Shown piece by piece: positions 1-6,272 of a stretch of DNA of 17,804 nt. The DNA comes from Halalkalibacterium halodurans (lineage in GTDB: Bacteria > Bacillota > Bacilli > Bacillales > Bacillaceae_D): the NCBI RefSeq assembly GCF_004376175.1, contig NZ_SNUY01000019.1:1-17804 (forward strand), written 5' to 3'. The position numbers were made by a program, and so were the translations under genes. Within the stretch, counting starts at the first letter, position 1; each line of letters begins with the position of its first letter. The notes beneath the pieces are model-generated. The model searched no databases, had not been told where the DNA came from, and saw only the letters and a list, made by a program, of their open reading frames with translations.

Positions 1-155
1 TCCGCTCCTCATTCTAGAAAGATGCTTTTCAGAAGAAAATAACCATGATTCTTTCAAAGGGATCGGGAATCTAATCGTTTTTGGCCTAAAACCCTGATTT
101 ATGTTCGAGGTATGAATAATTCAGGATCAGAAATAAAAGCGCTCTTTTCATCGTG

Positions 156-186
156 TTCACAACTTTTTCGTTCAGGGCATATACTA
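156..186 (+). promoter_or_regulatory. Candidate promoter of the small-ORF cluster (sigma-A-like, and equally sigma-K-like)
   Basis: TTCACA (156-161), an 18-nt spacer, then TATACT (180-185). The same stretch fits the mother-cell sigma-K pattern: AC (159-160), 17 nt, then CATAnnnTA (CATATACTA, 178-186). It lies about 30 nt upstream of the first RBS. Motif match only. Confidence 0.3.
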
Positions 187-215
187 CTTTAGCCTAACAA
201 CTAGGGGGATGGATT

Positions 216-332
216 ATGCAAAACGATGAAGGAAAGCGACAAGTGCTTTTGTTCATAACGATCTTGATCTTCTTTTTATTGAGTTTCGGATATGGAGGAG
301 ACGTAGCAGGCGCTGATGTTATTGTCTCGTAA
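216..332 (+). CDS. 38-aa single-helix membrane peptide (hypothetical)
   Basis: ATG at 216 lies 6 nt after GGGGGA (204-209). Translation is MQNDEGKRQVLLFITILIFFLLSFGYGGDVAGADVIVS, with one hydrophobic helix. The TAA stop (330-332) abuts the RBS of the next ORF. It is shorter than the ORF-track cut-off and I recognise no homologue. Confidence 0.4.
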   Translation: MQNDEGKRQVLLFITILIFFLLSFGYGGDVAGADVIVS

Positions 333-347
333 AGGGAGGGGGATGGT

Positions 348-593
348 TTGGGAAAGCGAAATACAATGAATGATTTTTACGATCACAAACTGACCCCACA
401 AAAAATCGCTGTTATCATAGGACTTGTTACAGATGCTCTCCAAGTACAGGCCATTTTGGTCGATGCAAATCAACGTGTAGAAATTGTCTTGGAGGGACAT
501 TTAAGTAAAAAGTCAGAAATGGATCGGATGATGGACGATTTAAGTGATATGAAGTTTGGTGAAGTAATGGACGCCTTTATGAAACGGAAATAA
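348..593 (+). CDS. 81-aa hypothetical soluble protein
   Basis: TTG start lies 5 nt after a strong SD, AGGGAGGGGG (333-342). The ORF is in the track. It is tightly packed between the two flanking small ORFs. No family recognised. Confidence 0.6.
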   Translation: MGKRNTMNDFYDHKLTPQKIAVIIGLVTDALQVQAILVDANQRVEIVLEGHLSKKSEMDRMMDDLSDMKFGEVMDAFMKRK

Positions 594-639
594 AAGGTTT
601 GAAGGCCGTTCAATCATTTCGAAGCAGGAGGTGAGAAGA

Positions 640-852
640 ATGATTCATGCGATGATGCCACGACAAGGAGAGGATACGAGATTTGTCGGAGTAGGATGGA
701 GTGGCGGGCGACGCCCATTTTGGGGTGGTCCTTTTATCGGTGGTTTTTTAGGAGGGCTTGTAGGAAGCGCCTTATTTCCCCCTTTTTATGGGTACCCATA
801 TCCATACCCTTATTATTACCCGTACCCTTATTACCGTCCCTATTACTTTTAA
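640..852 (+). CDS. 70-aa Gly-rich protein with a Tyr/Pro tail, spore-coat-like (hypothetical)
   Basis: ATG at 640 lies 5 nt after AGGAGGTGA (626-634); the track's GTG at 631 sits inside the SD. The sequence has a Gly-zipper-like middle (GGPFIGGFLGGLVGS). The last 24 residues, PPFYGYPYPYPYYYPYPYYRPYYF, contain 12 Tyr and 8 Pro. Confidence 0.6.
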   Translation: MIHAMMPRQGEDTRFVGVGWSGGRRPFWGGPFIGGFLGGLVGSALFPPFYGYPYPYPYYYPYPYYRPYYF

Positions 853-860
853 CAGAGATG

Positions 861-891
861 AGAGATCTGTCCTTCCACTGATCTCTTTTTA
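861..891 (+). terminator. Rho-independent terminator of the small-ORF cluster
   Basis: AGAGATC (861-867) pairs with GATCTCT (880-886) across a 12-nt loop, followed by a T-run (886-890). It starts 9 nt after the stop at 852. Confidence 0.55.
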
Positions 892-966
892 ATTTGTAAA
901 AATAGATCTTTTTTTTACTTATAATGTTAAATGTGAGGGATATGATGAAAAAAGGGGTCACAACGA

Positions 967-1107
967 GTGAAGCTATCAGATCAACAGTTATTAGAAGCAT
1001 ACGATCAAGCGCTCAAACTTGAATTAGAGGATGATTTTATCTCCGTACTCAAGGAAGAGATGATCAAGAGAAATCTTGAGGTTGACAGGGACATAGAGTC
1101 TTATTAA
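967..1107 (+). CDS. sda: Sda-like sporulation inhibitor (KinA/KinB checkpoint protein), 46 aa
   Basis: GTG at 967 lies 9 nt after AAGGGG (952-957). Translation is MKLSDQQLLEAYDQALKLELEDDFISVLKEEMIKRNLEVDRDIESY. It aligns without gaps to the remembered B. subtilis Sda sequence ([38 protein letters not shown]...). Shared features are LSD, L-E-Y, L..DFI, the E..R.L spacing and the same 46-aa length. Not in the ORF track because it is under 60 aa. Confidence 0.75.
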   Translation: MKLSDQQLLEAYDQALKLELEDDFISVLKEEMIKRNLEVDRDIESY

Positions 1108-1136
1108 AAACCTCTATTATTTGTGAGGTGAAGCCA

Positions 1137-2123
1137 ATGGGGCATTACTGCCGGTGGTGTGAGAATGATCCGCTTTTGATTGCGTATCATGACAAGGAAT
1201 GGGGGCAGAGAGAAGATGATGATCAGCGTTTATTTGAGGCGATGTGCCTTGAGCTTTTCCAATCGGGACTATCGTGGAAAACCGTTCTTCATAAACGAGA
1301 CAGCCTTCGTAAAGCGTTCCGCCATTTCGAGCCAGAAAAAGTAGCGACGATGAACGAACAAGACGTAGAGCGTTTATTAAAAGATAGTGGAATCATACGA
1401 CATCGAAAGAAGATAGAAGCAACCATTCAAAATAGTCGAAACGTTGTACGGCTTCAACGTGAATTTGGAAGCTTTAGAGAATGGATCGAGAGCTTACCCA
1501 ACGACGTGGAAGCAAAAGCGGCGAAGATTTCTGAGATGTTTACATATATGGGACCGATAACGGCGAAAAGCTTTCTTGAAGCGACAGGGTTTATCCCGAT
1601 TGAGCACGATAAGCAGTGCCACTTATTTGAGGGGAAAAGTTTACAAATTAAGCCTATAGGTAAAGCAGATCGTGACGAAGTACAACAGTTTTTCCATCAA
1701 CATTGGGGAAGTCCGGAAATGGTTCTTTCCACAGGTGTTTTTCACTGTGAACGTTTGCCAGGCTTTCTTTATCGGAATAAGCTTGGTGAAATCATAGGGT
1801 TAATCACCTACGTAACGCATGAGAAACGGAGCATTGAAATTATTTCCCTTGATAGTGTGAAAGAAGGAAAAGGGATTGGAACGAGCTTGCTTCAGGCGGT
1901 GGAAGCTAAGGCGATCGAGCAACAAGTAAGGCAAATCGAGGTTATAACGACAAATGACAATTTGCACGCCCTCGGATTTTATCAGAAGCGAGGTTATCAA
2001 TTAAAAGAATTAGTCGTGAATGGAGTGGAGAAAGCTCGGCAGCTGAAGCCGAGCTTTCCTCGCAAAAGTGCAGATGGGATTCCGATCCGCGATGAACTTA
2101 AGTTGGTAAAAACCATGCGCTGA
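1137..2123 (+). CDS. tag: Fusion protein: DNA-3-methyladenine glycosylase I (Tag) N-domain plus GNAT N-acetyltransferase C-domain
   Basis: ATG at 1137 lies 5 nt after GAGGTGA (1125-1131); the track's GTG at 1128 is inside the SD. The N-terminal half matches E. coli Tag motifs: DPLLIAYHDKEWG, GLSWKTVLHKR and GIIRHRKKIEA. It also has Zn-snap-like Cys/His ligands (CRWC..H near the N-terminus and IEHDKQC). The C-terminal half has the GNAT motif A (VKEGKGIGTSLL) and the ALGFYQKRGY motif. Confidence 0.9.
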   Translation: MGHYCRWCENDPLLIAYHDKEWGQREDDDQRLFEAMCLELFQSGLSWKTVLHKRDSLRKAFRHFEPEKVATMNEQDVERLLKDSGIIRHRKKIEATIQNSRNVVRLQREFGSFREWIESLPNDVEAKAAKISEMFTYMGPITAKSFLEATGFIPIEHDKQCHLFEGKSLQIKPIGKADRDEVQQFFHQHWGSPEMVLSTGVFHCERLPGFLYRNKLGEIIGLITYVTHEKRSIEIISLDSVKEGKGIGTSLLQAVEAKAIEQQVRQIEVITTNDNLHALGFYQKRGYQLKELVVNGVEKARQLKPSFPRKSADGIPIRDELKLVKTMR

Positions 2124-2124
2124 T

Positions 2125-3204
2125 TTATTCGCGTACACCTGTGTCGTAAATTTTAATTTCCGCTTTCGTTTCAATGGGAATCGTCGGGTAGACGGCTTCC
2201 CATTTTTCAATATCGAAGCCTCTAGTTTGTGCCTTCATCCGAGAGCCAAGACCGAGTGGATCAATCTCTAATGATTGAAAAAGGCTCGTCAGCTCCTTCG
2301 CTTCATTTTCCAGTTTGTTTGCTAATTGTTGTTTAATCATCTCATACGTCGCTTCGTCAATTCCTTTGTCAGGCCGACCTGTATACTCGGTGACTCTCCC
2401 TTTAAAATGGAGAACGATCTCCACTTTCGGTTGATTAAGGTCACCGGTTATATGATAAGTTGAATAGGAGTTTACGCTACGGAGAACAGTGAAATCCCCA
2501 TTCGGTAATCGAAGCTTAATGGGACCGCGCTCGACACGTTCAAGTAAGATTTTTATGACACATAAATATTCCTCATCTAAGTGATAAACGAATTTATCAC
2601 CTTTGAAGAGAGCAAGACCATCAACAGCGATCCGATTCGCCACGGGAACTAAATATGGAAGATAGGGGTCCTGTCCTTCCGCATAGTAATCACGCAAAAA
2701 TAGGTGCAAGTTCGTTTGCGGAAGATTTTGCGTACGGATATTTTGATCGATTAATTCACGTAAGTACGAAGCGACCTCCTCTTCAATATCATATTTATTC
2801 ATCAAAACGTCTTTTGCGCTCCCTTCGGCAATGCCCAAGTAGATACGCATCCCGATCTTAGGGTCGCGCATGAACGTATCGATCGTCTGAATGAGTCCTA
2901 TTTCTTCGGCCAATTGGCGGTTGAAGATAATCGAAGATAAACGACCGACATGGATCGGAAGAGGGGTTTGCCGATTCAACTCGGAACGAAGGTCGCGGCT
3001 CGTGTGTGCTCGTGTTGAAATCGATTGGCTCGTCACTTTCTCTCTCGGTCCATAGACGGGCATATTGATCGTACCTTCGATTGTGTTTTCATCTATGTAA
3101 TCATAGCCTAACGAATGAATAAGTGTATTATTATCGACAATGCTCATTTCAACACAGCCTGGAATCGCAATAAGGAAAATAGCACTTAGTAATGATTTCA
3201 TCAT
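2125..3204 (-). CDS. Germinant receptor C subunit (Ger(x)C family lipoprotein)
   Basis: Signal peptide plus lipobox, MMKSLLSAIFLIAIPGC. It is the third gene of an A-B-C operon. The start at 3204 overlaps the B-subunit stop as ATGA. The track's start at 3240 would lie inside the B gene. Confidence 0.9.
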   Translation of the reverse strand: MMKSLLSAIFLIAIPGCVEMSIVDNNTLIHSLGYDYIDENTIEGTINMPVYGPREKVTSQSISTRAHTSRDLRSELNRQTPLPIHVGRLSSIIFNRQLAEEIGLIQTIDTFMRDPKIGMRIYLGIAEGSAKDVLMNKYDIEEEVASYLRELIDQNIRTQNLPQTNLHLFLRDYYAEGQDPYLPYLVPVANRIAVDGLALFKGDKFVYHLDEEYLCVIKILLERVERGPIKLRLPNGDFTVLRSVNSYSTYHITGDLNQPKVEIVLHFKGRVTEYTGRPDKGIDEATYEMIKQQLANKLENEAKELTSLFQSLEIDPLGLGSRMKAQTRGFDIEKWEAVYPTIPIETKAEIKIYDTGVRE

Positions 3205-4283
3205 GGCGATAGTCTTAACCTCCCTACAATCCATTTCCAAACAAGTAAAAACGGAATATAGACATACAACACATACAAGCCAACGATCGATACAATGCTG
3301 TTTAATTGATTAATCTGATCTCTTGTCTCTAGAAGAATAGAAGCAATAAAGACAATTAAAATACTGATGATCAACGTATGGCGGTGTTTCATCGAGAATA
3401 CCCTTTTCCCAATTCGACTGGATGCCCAAAGTCCAACTGTAATGTTCGGAAGGATGATGATTAGCCATGCTGAAATGCCAATATATTCGAATCGTTCAAT
3501 GAAGGGAAGCTCTAACACTTTCCATGACCACAAAGTGGGCCAAATCGTAATGTCCATTTGTTCCTCGCTAAAATAGACGAAAGCCGATATAGTGGCGATT
3601 AAATAAATGAACGTCGTATACAACACGGCATAATGGGCGTATCTTTGAGATTTTGCTGCATTGCGAATGAACGGATAAAAAATCAGCAAAAGTTCAGGGC
3701 CTAATACGCTTAACGTCATATCTTTTGTCGCCATTAATTGCTCACGAATGGTCGTATCAAAGAGTGGACGCAAGTAGCGAAATTCAGCAAATTCAAAAAG
3801 GGGTAAGGTGGTTAGCAATAGCGGCGTCGGCAAGACAACACCGAGAAAGCAAACCCCGGTCACAATGCGAAATCCATTTACGATCGCAAGGTACATCAAC
3901 AATAGCATCGTAATCGTGAAGGTCCATGTTGGCAAGTCAGGAAACACCCAAATTTGAATGACTTCTGTATAGGTGCGTAACACCGTAAAGGCGAGAGCCG
4001 CATAGTAAAGCATAAACACAATGTTAAGCAAAGAACCGAGCCATTTTCCAAAAAGCTTTTCATGAACATGAGCGATGTCTTTTTCCCCATCCAATATTTT
4101 GTACATAAAGTACACTACGAGGTGGATGAGCAATCCGGTGAAAAGGACAGCGATCCACGATTGGTAACCACCGCTTTTTGCTATGAGACGTTGAAAACCG
4201 AGTACCCCGACCCCTACTTGCATGGAGTGGATGAGAAAAAACACCATAAAAGGTGGAACCGTTAAGCTTTGATTGGTTTTCAC
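3201..4283 (-). CDS. Germinant receptor B subunit (GerAB/GerKB-type, amino-acid-permease-like integral membrane protein)
   Basis: About 10 hydrophobic segments and the middle position in the ger operon. I prefer GTG at 4283, which lies 7 nt after AGGAGGG (4297-4291). The track's start at 4289 is only 1 nt from the SD. Confidence 0.9.
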   Translation of the reverse strand: MKTNQSLTVPPFMVFFLIHSMQVGVGVLGFQRLIAKSGGYQSWIAVLFTGLLIHLVVYFMYKILDGEKDIAHVHEKLFGKWLGSLLNIVFMLYYAALAFTVLRTYTEVIQIWVFPDLPTWTFTITMLLLMYLAIVNGFRIVTGVCFLGVVLPTPLLLTTLPLFEFAEFRYLRPLFDTTIREQLMATKDMTLSVLGPELLLIFYPFIRNAAKSQRYAHYAVLYTTFIYLIATISAFVYFSEEQMDITIWPTLWSWKVLELPFIERFEYIGISAWLIIILPNITVGLWASSRIGKRVFSMKHRHTLIISILIVFIASILLETRDQINQLNSIVSIVGLYVLYVYIPFLLVWKWIVGRLRLSP

Positions 4284-4303
4284 GTGCACGCCCTCCTATG
4301 TCA

Positions 4304-5824
4304 TCACATGCCCTCGTCGATGTCATCTTTTGTTTGCGCTTTTTTTGGTTGAAATCGCAGCTTGTCGCTCGTCTTTAGATGGCTCGGTCGTTCGGCTTGT
4401 ACAGTGAATGGCAGTCGGATAAACGAATCCTTTAAGTCTTTCCAATAAAAAGGATAAATCGGATGTAAAAATGGACGGCCAAGGGACTGGAGTGTCAACA
4501 GGTGAACGAGCAAATAACAAAACAACAGGACAAGGGAGATTAATCCCCACAATTGCGCTGCAAGAATAAATGGAAAGCGAATTAAACGGATCGTGTTCCC
4601 CATGCGATAGACCGGTGTTGTAAACGAGGCGAGCGCAGCTAAAGCGACAATAATGAGCAGGACATTACTCGTGAGACCAGCTTCAACCGCAGCGGTTCCG
4701 ATTACGATCCCTCCGACAATCCCGATCGTCTGACCGACCTTTGTCGGCAAGCGAGCCCCAGCTTCTCGAAGCAATTCAATCGTTACTTCAAGGAATAACG
4801 CCTCGAGAATCGGTGGAAACGGAATCGCTGATCTAGAAAGGGTGATGGTGGCGAGTAAGTCTTGCGGTATTAATTCAGGGTGATACGTCAGTACGGCTAC
4901 ATACAGCGGTGTAGCAAAGATTGAAAAAAGAACGGAAAATAAGCGAATTAACCGAAAAATAGAAGCAATGTGCCACTTAAGAAAATAGTCTTCATAGGAT
5001 GAGAAAAATTCAACCAACGTCGTCGGTCCTGTGATGGCTGATGGAGAACCGTCTGTTAACACGCAAACCTTTCCTTCAGCGAGGACAGAAGCGACACGAT
5101 CAGGCCTTTCTGTATCAATTAAAAGTGGAAAGGGACTTTGGTTGCTATCTTCAATGAGCTGATTGATAAAAGAGCTGTCGCTAATATGATCAAAATCGAT
5201 GTCGTTTATTCGATTGCGTACGACTGTTACAAGCTCAGGGTTGGTGATCGTTTCAATATATAGGATGGCTACCCTTGTATGAGAAAGGGAGCCCACCTCA
5301 TACTCTTCAATTCGTAAGTTGCTTGTCGGCAACCTTCGACGAACGAGATAGATGTTTAAGTCTAGACTCTCCACGAACGCTTCCTTCGGTCCGACAACGC
5401 TAAACTCCACTTCGGGAATTGAAATTTCACGTGATTCTTCCACTTGTGCTGGCACACACAAGCATGGAAAATCGCTGTATTCAGGGTGAATACATACATG
5501 ACCAGTTAAAAGGTAAGTGTTGAGTTCTTTATCATTTTGAACGATATGGATGCTGTCGATCGGCAGCTCTCGTTTAAGCTCATGCAACGTTAAGGCCTTA
5601 CTTTTAATCAGGTGGGTTAAGATGTCTTGCTGCAAGGTAGTCGGGTCAACTAACGTTCTTAGATAAAATATGTGATAACGTAGCTGGATTGCGTCCATTG
5701 TAAATTGGGTAAAATCACTAGATTGTGAATAGACCTGGATCACATCTGCTAAAGTAGTTGCTTTATTTTCAGAGGCAGATGCTCGTTGCTGACGTTTTAA
5801 CTTATTTAATTTAAACCAAGACAC
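4304..5824 (-). CDS. Germinant receptor A subunit (GerAA/GerKA family)
   Basis: 506 aa, with a soluble N-terminal domain followed by a C-terminal membrane domain (..GIVGGIVIGTAAVEAGLTS..) typical of GerA-family A subunits. GTG at 5824 lies 9 nt after GGGAGGTG (5841-5834). Confidence 0.9.
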   Translation of the reverse strand: MSWFKLNKLKRQQRASASENKATTLADVIQVYSQSSDFTQFTMDAIQLRYHIFYLRTLVDPTTLQQDILTHLIKSKALTLHELKRELPIDSIHIVQNDKELNTYLLTGHVCIHPEYSDFPCLCVPAQVEESREISIPEVEFSVVGPKEAFVESLDLNIYLVRRRLPTSNLRIEEYEVGSLSHTRVAILYIETITNPELVTVVRNRINDIDFDHISDSSFINQLIEDSNQSPFPLLIDTERPDRVASVLAEGKVCVLTDGSPSAITGPTTLVEFFSSYEDYFLKWHIASIFRLIRLFSVLFSIFATPLYVAVLTYHPELIPQDLLATITLSRSAIPFPPILEALFLEVTIELLREAGARLPTKVGQTIGIVGGIVIGTAAVEAGLTSNVLLIIVALAALASFTTPVYRMGNTIRLIRFPFILAAQLWGLISLVLLFCYLLVHLLTLQSLGRPFLHPIYPFYWKDLKDSFIRLPFTVQAERPSHLKTSDKLRFQPKKAQTKDDIDEGM

Positions 5825-6230
5825 CTAGACCTACACCTCCCTTAACCTCCATTCCATAGTTTGGACAGTGTCAATCATTTTATGTATAAATATCACCAAT
5901 TTTACGTATTTACTCCATCTCTGAAAGGTTGTAAAAGCTCAATATTTATGACAGAAGAATGACATTCGTTTAACGTTTTTGTAACATCTAGCAGTAAGTC
6001 TTGATCTAATTCACTCACTTCGTCCATAATCGAAACCGTTAACTAACTGTAGTAAAAGCGGTGTTTGAAGCAAAATAGGAGAGAAGGGATATTAAAAGGT
6101 CGGGTCGCCCCAATAATCGAACCAGTCATGTCCGTGATGACCTGAGAATACATTCATTTATAAATATAAGAAAAGTTAAATGAGCATGGGAATCTCTAGC
6201 AATAGTTAAAACAAGTTAGGATTGGACGAA

Positions 6231-6272
6231 AGGGGGGAGGACTGTACACGAATTTGTTGTGTACAGGCAATC
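6231..6272 (+). promoter_or_regulatory. Structured translation-initiation region: strong SD separated from the ATG by a perfect 8-bp hairpin
   Basis: AGGGGGGAGGA (6231-6241), CTGTACAC (6242-6249), a 9-nt loop, GTGTACAG (6259-6266), GCAATC, then ATG at 6273. Confidence 0.4.

Noticed and set aside
853-966. DnaA boxes (TTATNCACA) upstream of sda, as in B. subtilis
   Set aside because: The best matches I could find (CCTTCCACT, TGTGAGGGA) share only 5-6 of 9 positions. That is not convincing.
276-1000. Track ORFs 276-500 (-), 696-881 (+) and 734-1000 (-), which overlap the small-gene cluster
   Set aside because: They lie antisense or in alternative frames of ORFs that have strong SDs. They have no RBS of their own, their composition is low-complexity shadow, and 734-1000 runs across a terminator.
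1128-1136. Longer track starts for several genes: GTG 1128, GTG 631, ATG 3240, GTG 4289, TTG 6222, GTG 14768
   Set aside because: Each lies inside or too close to the SD, inside the upstream gene, or lacks an SD. A downstream start with proper SD spacing exists in every case.
1800-2210. Minus-strand track ORFs 1800-2000 and 2010-2210
   Set aside because: They are antisense shadows within tag-GNAT and across the convergent junction, with no RBS and no recognisable domains.
3367-4550. Short ORFs inside and antisense to the ger genes: 3367-3576, 3725-3913, 3896-4090, 4060-4326, 4062-4265, 4323-4550
   Set aside because: All are nested in well-supported GerB and GerA coding frames and have no independent signals.
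5825-6000. Sigma-G promoter for the ger operon (minus strand), for example GTAAA-N16-CATAAAA
   Set aside because: It is only a partial match to GHATR-N17/18-CATnnTA in an AT-rich region. I could not single out one site with confidence.
6040-6221. c-di-AMP (ydaO-type) riboswitch or sigma-B promoter upstream of the BCCT gene
   Set aside because: GGTCGGGTCGCCCC and CGAACC are superficially reminiscent, but the conserved ydaO cores are not present in order. GTTAAA (6175-6180) and GGGAAT (6188-6193) are only 7 nt apart, which is too short for sigma-B.
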